Assembly: GCA_040326155.1 (NCBI GenBank)
Contig: JBEQLE010000004.1
Span: 27,829 to 91,828 of the forward strand
Direction of reading: 5' to 3'
Origin: Leptospirales bacterium
GTDB taxonomy: Bacteria; Spirochaetota; Leptospiria; Turneriellales; JAOUFE01
DNA length: 64,000 nt
Shown: one piece after another, positions 1 through 10,009 of the stretch
Position numbering within the stretch: the first letter of the stretch is position 1
How the letters are laid out: each line of letters opens with the position of its first letter
Translations under genes and position numbers: made by a program
Notes under the pieces: model-generated
Database searches by the model: none
What the model was told of the DNA's origin: nothing
Seen by the model: only the letters and a program-made list of their open reading frames with translations

Positions 1-2
1 TC

Positions 3-599
3 CTGCGTATTCGCACAAAACTTCCAGATTTTCGGAGAACTGCCATACGGGGAGTGAACCGTAGGATGCAATTCTCGGTCCTGTTTCAAAGCCTCAACGG
101 CAACCTGCAGCCGCATATCGTCATTAGGAGGGGAATACCCCAATATTTCAAGAAAACGCAGACCCGAAAATTCTCTTAAACCACCCAGATTCCGTGAAAA
201 TTCAGCATCATTGGATACATCGCAGTAGTAAAAAGTTCCCCAGCGATTGGCAAACCGTATGGCTTGTTGAGCCTTCTCTATGGATTCTTTTATATCTGGT
301 TTTTTTATAGCAGCCATCGCTCTAATAAATTTAAAAACCCCACCGCCGGGACCGGGTTGCGAGAGATAAGAGAGTCCCAGATGTGTATGGGCATTCACCA
401 AACCCGGCAATAATACCCCTTCTGGAGCAACAATGGTTTTATACCCTTTGGGAACCGTTTTAAACCCTTTTTGGACCGGAACCCCATTGTGAAAAACCAC
501 CCATGGATCGGGCTTAAATACACCGTCATCATCCAGGCCCCATTGTCCGATTATTGCGATATTTCCGCTGTTTCCGTTATTTTTCTGCGTTTTTAACAT
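3..599 (-). CDS. Metal-dependent amidohydrolase/deaminase (5' part; runs off the window edge)
   Basis: Not in the ORF track; my manual translation from ATG 599 gives MLKTQKNN...LLPGLVNAHTHLGL...LHPTVHSPYG, containing the HxH and HSPY motifs of the amidohydrolase superfamily. Confidence 0.85.
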   Translation of the reverse strand, partial: MLKTQKNNGNSGNIAIIGQWGLDDDGVFKPDPWVVFHNGVPVQKGFKTVPKGYKTIVAPEGVLLPGLVNAHTHLGLSYLSQPGPGGGVFKFIRAMAAIKKPDIKESIEKAQQAIRFANRWGTFYYCDVSNDAEFSRNLGGLREFSGLRFLEILGYSPPNDDMRLQVAVEALKQDRELHPTVHSPYGSSPKIWKFCANTQ

Positions 600-641
600 G
601 CAATTTTTATACCAATAGTCAAAAAATCCGAATAATATAAC

Positions 642-670
642 TTGACAACTGAAGTATTCAAACCGATAAT
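642..670 (+). promoter_or_regulatory. sigma70-type promoter of cheA (probably leaderless)
   Basis: TTGACA(642-647)-N17-GATAAT(665-670), 7 nt before ATG 678, no SD. Confidence 0.65.
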
Positions 671-677
671 TTTAAAT

Positions 678-3600
678 ATGGTCTCTGTTCAAGACAAAGA
701 AGAAGTTAAGTTTTTCTTAGACGAATTAAATGAAAACCTGGTTTACCTGGATGAAGCAATTATCACTCTCGAAGAGAACCCCTCTGACGCTGAGACGATT
801 GAAGAAATATTTCGTGTAGCCCACACAATTAAAGGTAGCGCAGGGTTTTTAGACCTGAAAAACCTTGTTTCCCTTGGTCACGCCATGGAAAGCGTCTTTC
901 AGGAATTTAAAGATGGCAAAATACAGGTTAACACCGAAGTAATCACTACTGTCCTGGAGTGTAAAGACGCCATAGGTGAAATTGGAAAGCTTCTCGGGCA
1001 AGGCGAAAATACCGAAACAGTAGATACCGAAGCCTTAATTCAAAAAATAAATACATTTTTACATGCTGACTCTGGCAAGAAGAGTCCAGCGGTAAAAAAA
1101 GCCGATCCGATCTCCGACAACAGCAAAAATGGTGGGGAGTTAACTGCGAGTGACTACCTGCCCGGAACGGTATTGCTTCGAGTCTGGGTTTCGACGGAAG
1201 AGCCAGCCCCGGCTATTCGAGCTTTCCTTGTTCAAAAAAACATATCGGAAGTTGCGGAAATTATTAAACAAAAACCAACCGAAGAAGAGATGGACTCGGA
1301 AGATTTTGTTTTTCCAGAACACTGTGAACTAAAATTCTGGGTAGAAACGGACGCCTCTGACGTCACACTCAGCAATGCTGCAAAAGTAGACTTGATCGAT
1401 GATGTAAAAGTTGTTTCTGAAGAAACATTGAAAAGTATTGCCGAAAAGGAAAAACCCAGCGGGTCGTCAGATCAAAAAACAGGCGCTTCGACTCGTGAAG
1501 AGATTGAACTTTCAGACACAGTCCGTATTCCGGTTCAACGCCTCGATATTATGCTCAATCTCGTGGGAGAGTTGGTAATCGCCAATAGTGGTTTCTCTCA
1601 GATTCAAGAACATCTACGCGATTCTTCCGGTTTTGATGAACTTTACCGGAATGTACGAGATCGAACCAAAGATCTTGTCCGTATTTCAGCCGATATTCAA
1701 GATCTCGTCATGAAATCTCGGCTCGTTCCCGTAAGCCAGGTATTTAACCGTTTTAAACGATTTATTCGCGACTACTCCTTTCGAAGCGGCAAGAAAATTC
1801 AACTTGTTATGACTGGAGAATCAACTGAAATCGATAAAAAAATTATCGATGAAATGATTAAGCCACTTACCCACCTTGTACGTAACTCTCTTGATCACGG
1901 AATAGAATCGCCTGAAGAACGCCGTAAAAGTGGCAAGAATCCGGTCGGGCGACTGCACCTTATTGCCAGCCAGGAAGGTAACTATATAAATGTTGTAATT
2001 GAAGATGACGGTAAAGGACTCGATTATGTAAAGATTGTACAGACAGCTGTCGATCGCGAGATTATTACCTATTCTGAAGCAGAGCAAATTACAGAAGATG
2101 AAATTAAAAAATTAATTTTTCACCCCGGCTTTTCAACAAAAGAAGAAATCGATGAGATGTCAGGACGTGGCGTTGGAATGGATGTTGTAAAAACCTCCGT
2201 CGAAGATCTGAATGGAACGATTATTCTGGATACGACTCCCGGTGCTGGAACAAGGTTAACGATTAAGTTACCTTTAACTCTGGCCATTCTAAATGCACTA
2301 ATTGTCCGTGTCGCAAAAGATCGTTTTTGTATTCCTATGTCCTCCATTGTGGAAACACAAAAAGTCGCCATGAAAAACTTTCTTTCCGTAGAGAACAACG
2401 AGATGGTTCGCTTGCGCGATAGTCTTATACCAATTGTTCGACTCGAAAAAATATTTCCAGCCGAAATGCTTGATGTAGAAGGCGAAAACGGTGAAACTTC
2501 TGAAGTAGAAAACGAATCGGAATACAGCGGAGGAATCATTCAAACTCAGGATGAGCTGCCGGTTATTGTGGTAGACTATCATGGGTCCCATGTTGCCATT
2601 TTAGTGGATCAGTTTATTAATCGCCAGGAGATGGTAATTAAGTCATTATCTGAACACTACAGATCCATTGAAGGTATCTCCGGAGCTTCTATTCTGGGTG
2701 ACGGTAGTATTATTTTAATTATCGACGTACATGGTGTAATACAACTTCATCAGAAAAAAAGATCGAAAACATTTCAAGACATTGGTCCGGGTTTTGGAGC
2801 AGGCGGTGACCTTACACCACCACAGATTATTCAGAAACCTATAAAATCCCCGATTGTCAAACCTCCGAAAAAAACGAAGGCACCTGAACCAGCAGAACCT
2901 GTAACGATGGCCAATTTGTCGTCCATGACTGCCGAACAGTTCGAAAGTCTCGAAGATGCGGAAACAAACATACCGGAAGAACCCGAATCTGAAGATGTAA
3001 ACGCGCAGGAAGAACAAAGACTCGAACAGAGCGACGATACAGCAGAAACTCCGGTTGTCGATGACATCGATTCCGATCTTAAAGATCAAATGATCGAAGA
3101 TGGTACGGCCGATGAATTGATTGAACAAGTCCTCGAAATGAATGTATTGCATACAAAAATTGAAGGCGAAGTCCAGGATACTTCCCCATTAACTTTACAG
3201 GACCAGAAGCTGCGAGAAGAAGAACCCGAGCCTATAGCTGAAGAGCCGACAGAAATGGAAGAACCCGAAGCAATAGCCGAAGACGACGGTGAATTAAGCG
3301 AATTTGAAAAAATGAAGCAAATGATTAATGCTTCAGACGAAGAGCCGACAGAAATGGAAGAACCCGAGCCTATAGCTGAAGACGACGGTGAATTAAGCGA
3401 ATTTGAAAAAATGAAGCAAATGATTGATGTTTCAGACGAAGTCTTTCCAGATCAAAATCTGGCTCTTTCTCATTTTGACGCTTCTACATTAGATTTTAGT
3501 CTAATAAATCGTATTCTGGACGGACATGATGAGGAAAACTTGAAAAACTGGTTAAAACAAGCAAACAAAAGAGCAATCGAAGGCATTATCAGCCTGACTG

Positions 3601-4082
3601 GTCGTGAAGATATAAAATCAGGGAAAATCAGGGCAAAAAAGTTTTCCCAGAAAAAGGTGATGAAGCACTTTGACGATCTTAAAATGCTGCAAGAGGAAAT
3701 TATTGCCTTGAAGTTACCCATTTTGCCATTATCAGGAATGATATACCTCATTTTTACTAAAAAAAATGCACTCTCTGTTTGTAATTTATTGTTTGAGACG
3801 GCGCAATTACCAGCCCCGGATGAATTAGACTATGAACCACTCCTGGAAGTAACCAATATACTCGGTAGCGCTTATACAAACACCCTTACACAAATTACGG
3901 ACATCCCTGTGGAGCCCGGATTGCCGGAAATTATCGAAAACCGGGAAGAAGTAGAAAAGTCACTGATGGACGATCTCACAAAACAGAAACATCGTATTTT
4001 ATTTGTTGAAAACCAGTTTTTATGGGATAATAAGTCCGTTCTTGCTGATATATTATTAATGATTCCCCAAATAAATGATTAA
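678..4082 (+). CDS. cheA: Chemotaxis histidine kinase CheA with acidic linker and C-terminal CheC-like domain
   Basis: Hpt (IFRVAHTIKGS), dimerisation (LDIMLNLVGELVI), HATPase (HLVRNSLDHGIE, SGRGVGMDVV) and CheW domains; C-terminal LLEVTNILGSAY is CheC-like; ATG 678 preferred over TTG 642. Confidence 0.95.
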   Translation: MVSVQDKEEVKFFLDELNENLVYLDEAIITLEENPSDAETIEEIFRVAHTIKGSAGFLDLKNLVSLGHAMESVFQEFKDGKIQVNTEVITTVLECKDAIGEIGKLLGQGENTETVDTEALIQKINTFLHADSGKKSPAVKKADPISDNSKNGGELTASDYLPGTVLLRVWVSTEEPAPAIRAFLVQKNISEVAEIIKQKPTEEEMDSEDFVFPEHCELKFWVETDASDVTLSNAAKVDLIDDVKVVSEETLKSIAEKEKPSGSSDQKTGASTREEIELSDTVRIPVQRLDIMLNLVGELVIANSGFSQIQEHLRDSSGFDELYRNVRDRTKDLVRISADIQDLVMKSRLVPVSQVFNRFKRFIRDYSFRSGKKIQLVMTGESTEIDKKIIDEMIKPLTHLVRNSLDHGIESPEERRKSGKNPVGRLHLIASQEGNYINVVIEDDGKGLDYVKIVQTAVDREIITYSEAEQITEDEIKKLIFHPGFSTKEEIDEMSGRGVGMDVVKTSVEDLNGTIILDTTPGAGTRLTIKLPLTLAILNALIVRVAKDRFCIPMSSIVETQKVAMKNFLSVENNEMVRLRDSLIPIVRLEKIFPAEMLDVEGENGETSEVENESEYSGGIIQTQDELPVIVVDYHGSHVAILVDQFINRQEMVIKSLSEHYRSIEGISGASILGDGSIILIIDVHGVIQLHQKKRSKTFQDIGPGFGAGGDLTPPQIIQKPIKSPIVKPPKKTKAPEPAEPVTMANLSSMTAEQFESLEDAETNIPEEPESEDVNAQEEQRLEQSDDTAETPVVDDIDSDLKDQMIEDGTADELIEQVLEMNVLHTKIEGEVQDTSPLTLQDQKLREEEPEPIAEEPTEMEEPEAIAEDDGELSEFEKMKQMINASDEEPTEMEEPEPIAEDDGELSEFEKMKQMIDVSDEVFPDQNLALSHFDASTLDFSLINRILDGHDEENLKNWLKQANKRAIEGIISLTGREDIKSGKIRAKKFSQKKVMKHFDDLKMLQEEIIALKLPILPLSGMIYLIFTKKNALSVCNLLFETAQLPAPDELDYEPLLEVTNILGSAYTNTLTQITDIPVEPGLPEIIENREEVEKSLMDDLTKQKHRILFVENQFLWDNKSVLADILLMIPQIND
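3240..3440 (+). repeat. In-frame 99-bp tandem duplication in the cheA linker
   Basis: gaagagccgacagaaatggaagaacccga... begins at 3240 and 3339; encodes EEPTEMEEPE(A/P)IAEDDGELSEFEKMKQMI twice. Confidence 0.95.
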
Positions 4083-4120
4083 TCGTTTTACAATTTATGT
4101 AGACATGCATTATTTGACAT

Positions 4121-4504
4121 ATGGCTTCTGCTAAAGTTGAGGGAACGAAAGTACTGATTGTCGATGATTCGGGCTACATGCGACAAGTTATTCGTAAATA
4201 TCTTGAACCAAAAGGGTTTGTTATTATTGGTGAAGCTCAAGATGGGTGGGAAGCCATTCAGCTTTTTGATCAACTTCGACCAGACGTTGTTACAATGGAC
4301 ATCTCTATGAAAAAAATGGGTGGTATTGAAGCGACTAAAAAAATTAAAGCTATAGACAGCAAAGCTAAAGTGATCATGGTCTCTGCTTTGGGCGAAGCGA
4401 GATTTATAAAAGAAGCAATTAAAGCCGGAGCAAACGACTTTATTATTAAACCCTTCGCCGAAGAACGACTTGTTGGTTCCATTACCAATGTCGTTGGCAA
4501 ATAA
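4121..4504 (+). CDS. cheY: CheY-like single-domain response regulator
   Basis: VLIVDD, DVVTMDISM, KPF motifs; directly after cheA. Confidence 0.9.
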   Translation: MASAKVEGTKVLIVDDSGYMRQVIRKYLEPKGFVIIGEAQDGWEAIQLFDQLRPDVVTMDISMKKMGGIEATKKIKAIDSKAKVIMVSALGEARFIKEAIKAGANDFIIKPFAEERLVGSITNVVGK

Positions 4505-4537
4505 TACTAGCTCAACTTTATATTATTGGAGATCTGA

Positions 4538-4906
4538 ATGACCACTATCCTGATTGTAGATGATGCAACATTTATTCGAAACATGGTTAAAAAATCTTTA
4601 CTTCCGCCAGATTTTACGGTCGTTGGGGAAGCTGCAAACGGTTTTGAAGCCATAAAATTATACAACGAACTTAAGCCCGATCTTATAACTATGGATATTA
4701 CAATGCGTGGAATGGACGGATTGACAGCATTAGAAGAGATATTAAAAAGCAACCCTGAAGCAAAAATTATTATGCTCAGTTCACTGGGTGAAGAAAAGTT
4801 TATTAAAAAGGCGATTAGTCTGGGGGCTAAAGATTTTATTACAAAACCATTTAAACCCGCCCGACTGGTGAATGCAATTCGCGCGATTGTAGATAAAGAG
4901 GACTAG
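4538..4906 (+). CDS. cheY: Second CheY-like response regulator
   Basis: ILIVDDA, DLITMDITM, KPF motifs; GGAG SD upstream. Confidence 0.9.
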   Translation: MTTILIVDDATFIRNMVKKSLLPPDFTVVGEAANGFEAIKLYNELKPDLITMDITMRGMDGLTALEEILKSNPEAKIIMLSSLGEEKFIKKAISLGAKDFITKPFKPARLVNAIRAIVDKED

Positions 4907-5082
4907 TGCTGTGTCTGGATAATAAGTTATTTTATTATTCAATAAAAACCTTATCCAGAGGCAGCTAAGTCATAGACTCTGAGTGCAAAAGGCACTTCGA
5001 GTGGCGTTTCCGCTTGAATTTGTTCCGCTAGCCGTTGGCTAGCCGACGGCTAGCGGAACAAATTAAACAGACACGGCACTAG
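4903..5082 (+). mobile_element. MITE-like repeat family A, copy A1 (complete)
   Basis: Ends CTAGTGCTGTGTCT ... AGACACGGCACTAG (terminal inverted repeats); internal 48-bp near-perfect palindrome 5017-5064; homologous copies at 8777 and 19570. Confidence 0.8.
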
Positions 5083-5086
5083 CCAA

Positions 5087-6316
5087 CTATGGCTGCTCCT
5101 TCTTTTTCGATCTAAATACCTTTTGCCAGTTTATTTCCGAAGTTTTCAGCAGGTTTATGGCTACGGCAAAAATCAAAATCGTTATATTTCCAAACCAGGC
5201 TGTTAGAAACGGCGGTATCTGTGGAAAGTTGACAGCCATGGCATCACTCGATAAAAATAAGCCAAAGTAAATAAAAATAAATATAACCGACTGCCCCAGG
5301 CCCAGCCCTTTACCGCTGCGTTTATTAATAATTCCCATGGGGAAACCCAGGTACAAAAATAAAAATGTAGCAAATGAAAGCGCAATACGTTTGTGTAATT
5401 CACTTTTCAGACGAATAAGGTCTTTTTCCCCGTGTTTTTCTTCTTCTGAATTATAATTATCTATTCTATCTAAAAGTTCGCTTAAACTCAGTCCATTAAA
5501 TTCCCTCTTCTTTTCCAGGGCAAAGTTATTTATATCATTTTGTATATTAATATCGAGATACCCATTGGTAAAATCAACAGTTTGATAAACGCCCGATTTA
5601 TTATCTTCAGTAAAAATATATCCGTTGTGCAACCGAATAGCTTTTATCCAAACGCCCCCTTCGAGCTCTTTTAAAATTTTGTATCCTTTTTCGGCTACTA
5701 TAAATTCACTCAAGCGATAAACCTTTGTAATTTTATCGGACTTTTTAATTTGAACATTCTTTAAAATATCCATACCTGGGTGATCGGGGTCTGGTTCAAT
5801 GGAACCTACATAAATATGGCGCTGGCTCTTTTTGCCTTCTTCTAAAAGTGAAAACTGTCCCTCTTCGATAATAGCAGTTGGGTTATACTTATAGATATTA
5901 TACGCTATAACTTTCATCTCTCGCGCACAATACGGAACAACCTCAAGGTGAAAAAGAAGCAAAACAGCAATCATACCCCCGCCAAAATAGACAAAAGGAC
6001 GAAAAATGGTAGTGTACTTCATTCCCCCGGCTCTCATGGCAATAATTTCAGAATCACCATTCATAGTGCCAACGGCCATAATAATCGCTAGCAGCGCCGA
6101 CATAGGAATAGTCATACCCAGAGTCCACCCCATAGAGTATGTCAATAGCTCCAAAATATAAAAAACATCGATATTCTTTTCAATAGCGGCTTTAATCGCC
6201 TCACGCATGCTAAATAGCAATACGATAAATGTAAAAAATATCAATCCCACAATAAAAGGGGGTATAAAATTGGATAGGGTATACCGCGAAAGTATCGTGG
6301 GTTTAAAAAATTTCAC
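5087..6316 (-). CDS. LptF/LptG family LPS export permease
   Basis: N-terminal TM helices, DSEIIAMRAGG motif, ELHKRIALS, C-terminal TM helices. Confidence 0.9.
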   Translation of the reverse strand: MKFFKPTILSRYTLSNFIPPFIVGLIFFTFIVLLFSMREAIKAAIEKNIDVFYILELLTYSMGWTLGMTIPMSALLAIIMAVGTMNGDSEIIAMRAGGMKYTTIFRPFVYFGGGMIAVLLLFHLEVVPYCAREMKVIAYNIYKYNPTAIIEEGQFSLLEEGKKSQRHIYVGSIEPDPDHPGMDILKNVQIKKSDKITKVYRLSEFIVAEKGYKILKELEGGVWIKAIRLHNGYIFTEDNKSGVYQTVDFTNGYLDINIQNDINNFALEKKREFNGLSLSELLDRIDNYNSEEEKHGEKDLIRLKSELHKRIALSFATFLFLYLGFPMGIINKRSGKGLGLGQSVIFIFIYFGLFLSSDAMAVNFPQIPPFLTAWFGNITILIFAVAINLLKTSEINWQKVFRSKKKEQP

Positions 6317-6331
6317 TATTACACCGGATTA

Positions 6332-6721
6332 TTACAATTGGACCTTCATCGTATATGCAATATATTCTTCTTTTAACTCGTAAATGTAAACCTTGTAACC
6401 GGGCAACTCAATAGTGTTATCTTTTATTGGATAGGCTTTTAATTCGCTTAAATCAGCAGTCTCTTTATTTGTATCATACCTTTCTTCATATCGAAAATGT
6501 ACTGCCTGCTCGTCAGCTTTTATGAAAAACCACTTTTTGTATACCATACGTCGTTTTCCCATCTTCAGTTGTATTTCGGTCGAACTAAACATCAACTGAT
6601 CTGTAACAACCCTGCTTAGCTTTACGCCCTCAGACTCTTCTTTAATTATATAAGCTCCACCGCCACAATAACCAAAAAAACCGAGACTCAATACAAATAA
6701 TATTATAACGCTCTTTTTCAT
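6332..6721 (-). CDS. Hypothetical exported protein/lipoprotein
   Basis: Signal-like N-terminus ending FFGYC; operonic 4-bp overlap with coaX. Confidence 0.7.
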   Translation of the reverse strand: MKKSVIILFVLSLGFFGYCGGGAYIIKEESEGVKLSRVVTDQLMFSSTEIQLKMGKRRMVYKKWFFIKADEQAVHFRYEERYDTNKETADLSELKAYPIKDNTIELPGYKVYIYELKEEYIAYTMKVQL

Positions 6722-7494
6722 GCTACCTCTAGGTCTCTATTATTTAACTCGTATAAACGGTGTAACCCTTTTAATGTCAACGCAGGGTCTACCACATCAA
6801 AAAATTCATGTGTAAAACCGAGTTCTGTGATGATCCCTCCGGTTGCTATGACCACAAGGTTAGATGCATCGACAGCGGCTATCTCTCGGCCAAGTTCCCG
6901 AAGAATTTCCCGAACCATTCCTTTGGTTGAGAAATAAACACCGCACTCTATGGACTCTTGTGAACTTTCACCCAGTATTTTATCTTTATTACGATACTCA
7001 ACCTGTGGCAATTTTGCGGCTTTCTGACTCAAAGCTGAAAGAGTTGTATGAATTCCCGGAACAATTACCCCACCTTGGTAAATATTATCGCTGATGAGGC
7101 AAAATGTTATTGCTGTGCCAAAATCGACTACAACTACATGAGGGCCAAAACCTGCCGCCGCAGTTAGGTTGGCCAGGCGGTCGGCCCCTATCGTTGGAAA
7201 TTTTTCAGGGTTAAATTCAAAAGGGAATTGTAACCCGCCATCGACCAAAAGAATATCCTGTGTTCCCAGAAAGTGAAACGCCTCGCACAAGGGAGTATTG
7301 ATGCTTGGGGCTACCGAACACATAACCACTCGAAACTTCTCATCCACTTCGTCGGCCCAATTTCTAATAAAAACAGCCCATCCATCTCGGGAATTATCGG
7401 AAAGTGTTGGCGTCCTTGTCGTTTTCAACAAAGAACGCCCATTCCACAAACCAAACACCGTTTCCGAATTGCCAACATCGACCGTAATGATCAT
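6718..7494 (-). CDS. coaX: Type III pantothenate kinase
   Basis: DVGNSET, GADRLAN, VDFGTAIT, GGVIVPG motifs. Confidence 0.95.
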   Translation of the reverse strand: MIITVDVGNSETVFGLWNGRSLLKTTRTPTLSDNSRDGWAVFIRNWADEVDEKFRVVMCSVAPSINTPLCEAFHFLGTQDILLVDGGLQFPFEFNPEKFPTIGADRLANLTAAAGFGPHVVVVDFGTAITFCLISDNIYQGGVIVPGIHTTLSALSQKAAKLPQVEYRNKDKILGESSQESIECGVYFSTKGMVREILRELGREIAAVDASNLVVIATGGIITELGFTHEFFDVVDPALTLKGLHRLYELNNRDLEVA

Positions 7495-8633
7495 CTTCGG
7501 CGTGGAATTTCCTTCAAAGTAACCTTTGTTTTATAAATCTTTCCATCTCGAATATACTCAATATCAATGATCGCCCCGGCCCCTTTTCGCAAAACCGTCG
7601 ACTTTAAAACAGATAGACTTTCTGCCGAATCTCCATTGACTTTAATAATAAAATCGTTGGAACGCAAGCCCGCTTCCCAGGCAGGGGAACCCTGGTTGAC
7701 ATGAGAAATTAAAAGTCCTACATTGTCTTCCAGTTTAAGTTTATTTCGGGTTCTATCGGAGATACTGCCTTCGATTACTACACCGATATAACCAGGTTTA
7801 ATTGTTTTTCCTGATTTTAAAACCTCAATTACATCTTTAGCATAATTTATGGGTATAGCAAAACCGATACCGACAGAACCTCCGCTTTGCGAATAGATCA
7901 TCTGGTTAATACCGACCACTTCGCCTTTAATATTCAGCAATGGCCCACCTGAATTTCCAGGATTAATTGCCGCGTCTGTCTGAATACGAGGTTGTCCATC
8001 GGCAGCGTGAATATCCTGACCGGTGGATGAGATTACTCCGAAGGTAAAAGTTGATTGTAAACCAAATGGGTTGCCAATGGCAATGCCAAAATCGCCAACT
8101 CTTGTTTCGTCAGAATTGCCTAGGTGGACTACCTTAATTTCTTCTTTGGCTTCTATTTTTAATAAAACGATATCGGAAATTTCATCGCTGCCGATCAACT
8201 TTGCTTCATAAAAATTTCCATTTTGTAGTTTAACGGTAATCTTGTCGACTCCTTTGACAACATGATAATTCGTTACAATAAAACCATCTGAACTGATAAT
8301 AAAACCCGAACCCAACCCTTGTCTTGTTCTTTCTTTCGGAGTTCCAAAAAATTGTTTAAAAATCGGGTCAACTTTAACAATTTGCTCTGTTTCAATTCGG
8401 ACTACCGCCGGGCTCACCTCTTCGTATATTTCACGAAGCGCTTGTTGTAGCTTTATAGCGCCTACAACCGAATTACTTTGCAACAGAGGGTTTTGTTCCG
8501 AAGCAAAAATTTGTGAATCTGTAGATTCTTTACAGTTTCCTATAAAAGGAGAAAAGAAAGCGCCAATTAGAAACACAAATAACACAAGATTTGTTAACCC
8601 AATAGGCGATATTTTCCATTGTTTTTTATCCAT
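7491..8633 (-). CDS. HtrA/DegP-family serine protease with one PDZ domain
   Basis: GSGFII, TNYHVV, TDAAINPGNSGGPL; C-terminal PDZ. Confidence 0.95.
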   Translation of the reverse strand: MDKKQWKISPIGLTNLVLFVFLIGAFFSPFIGNCKESTDSQIFASEQNPLLQSNSVVGAIKLQQALREIYEEVSPAVVRIETEQIVKVDPIFKQFFGTPKERTRQGLGSGFIISSDGFIVTNYHVVKGVDKITVKLQNGNFYEAKLIGSDEISDIVLLKIEAKEEIKVVHLGNSDETRVGDFGIAIGNPFGLQSTFTFGVISSTGQDIHAADGQPRIQTDAAINPGNSGGPLLNIKGEVVGINQMIYSQSGGSVGIGFAIPINYAKDVIEVLKSGKTIKPGYIGVVIEGSISDRTRNKLKLEDNVGLLISHVNQGSPAWEAGLRSNDFIIKVNGDSAESLSVLKSTVLRKGAGAIIDIEYIRDGKIYKTKVTLKEIPRRR

Positions 8634-8776
8634 TTAGACCTCTTAAGTGCAAAATTGCAAATTCCCCGAAAATGGGGTAAATTAATAGTACTTTGTATTA
8701 TTCCACTAAATTTAAGATCGCAAGTCAAGTAAAATATTCGAAAAAAACAAGCAATCGAAGGAAGGAAGGAAGGAGG

Positions 8777-8959
8777 TGAGTGCCGTGTCTTTTTAATTTG
8801 TTCCGCTAGCCGTCGGCTAGCCAACGGCTACCGCTTCACAAATTCAAGTGGAAACGCCACTCGAAGTGCCTTTTGCACTCAGAGTCTATGACTTAAGCTG
8901 TGACTAGATAGATTATATTAAAATAAGCTAATGTAACATCTATCCAGTCACAGCACTAG
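8777..8959 (-). mobile_element. MITE-like repeat family A, copy A2 (inverted, diverged)
   Basis: Reverse complement of A1: AGTGCCGTGTCT...TCACAGCACTAG, shared core gaaacgccactcgaagtgccttttgcactcagagtctatgac. Confidence 0.8.
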
Positions 8960-8982
8960 TGTAGATTACTGGTGCTCGCTTA

Positions 8983-9783
8983 TTACTTCTTACCTTTCTT
9001 CTTTTTGGTTTCAACGGCAATTCTGGCCTTGTAAGACTCGATACCCGATTTGCATTTTTTACTGAGTTCCATGTCGCCTGTCATGCTGGCAATTCGCCGC
9101 AAATCTTCGAGCATTTTCATGGCATAAACAAGGTCGTTGGTTGATTTTGTGGATATTTCAAATTTACTGCGGTATTGACTGGAGGCGTCAAACAGTGTTT
9201 CTTTTACTGTATTTAACAACTCCTGGCGGTCATAAAAAAATTCCTCTCTGGGGTCTCGTATCGCCTGCATTTCTCGATAATCAGTCATATTCTTAAGCGT
9301 TATGGCCAGTTTGCCCCAAAGCTCAGGAAAAGACCATTTCCACTTGGTGCTTTCGCCATACCCTTTTATGAGCCTTTGAATAGTTTTTTGTATATGCTTA
9401 TAAAAATTAAGACGCTGTTTGGGAGTAAAAGGTTTCAGTTTATCGAGTTCTTCACGGTTATGGTTTAAAGGAGCATCTACATTCATGGTCACAACTGGCT
9501 CAATTTCTTGAAAAATTTTACCGACCATTCTTTTTGCCGTATCAAGGTAATTGTTATTTTTTATACCCATCATACGCTCAGACATATCGTTCATGTCCAG
9601 GTTGAGGTTAATCTGGCGTAACATTTTAGATACGATTCCTATATAAAAAAAAGGCTGCAATTTTTCATTTTGACCCATTGCTTTTTTTATTGCCGCAATA
9701 TCTTTATCTATTTCGGCAATGGCTTTTTTTTGTTCTGAAATTCTATCGTTGTATCTTCTTTTCGTACCGGCGTCTACTGCCAT
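8983..9783 (-). CDS. Hypothetical helical protein (probably spirochaete-conserved)
   Basis: 266-aa ORF with GAGG SD; no motif I can name. Confidence 0.75.
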   Translation of the reverse strand: MAVDAGTKRRYNDRISEQKKAIAEIDKDIAAIKKAMGQNEKLQPFFYIGIVSKMLRQINLNLDMNDMSERMMGIKNNNYLDTAKRMVGKIFQEIEPVVTMNVDAPLNHNREELDKLKPFTPKQRLNFYKHIQKTIQRLIKGYGESTKWKWSFPELWGKLAITLKNMTDYREMQAIRDPREEFFYDRQELLNTVKETLFDASSQYRSKFEISTKSTNDLVYAMKMLEDLRRIASMTGDMELSKKCKSGIESYKARIAVETKKKKGKK

Positions 9784-9808
9784 AGTTTTACCTCTTATTT
9801 ATATAACC

Positions 9809-10009
9809 CTATGCATAAGTATCGACAACTGATTGGGGCATACTTGACCCGGCTTCATCGAGCGCAGGTTCACGAGGTGGCTCGCTGGCCGGTTCTGAGG
9901 CAGAAAGTTCCGGCGTTTCCGGCGGTGGTTCGTGTAGAACCCTTGTTACAGTCTGGCTGGGTAATGTGTTTTGATTTTCACCGATTATATTATTTATTTC
10001 CTGTACCAT
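9809..10009 (-). CDS. Small Pro/Glu-rich protein ending VDTYA
   Basis: AGAGGAG SD before ATG; fills the gap in the lgt operon; the C-terminal VDxYA resembles YjfB-like small motility-associated proteins. Confidence 0.6.
   Translation of the reverse strand: MVQEINNIIGENQNTLPSQTVTRVLHEPPPETPELSASEPASEPPREPALDEAGSSMPQSVVDTYA

Noticed and set aside
8594..8824. ORFs over repeats (also 18487-18717, 19650-19880, 24381-24701, 24523-24726, 63673-63864)
   Set aside because: They translate repeat elements or antisense gene ends and show no protein motifs
8871..8900. CIRCE heat-shock operator near degP
   Set aside because: Only a half-site-like TTTGCACTC, and it is part of element A
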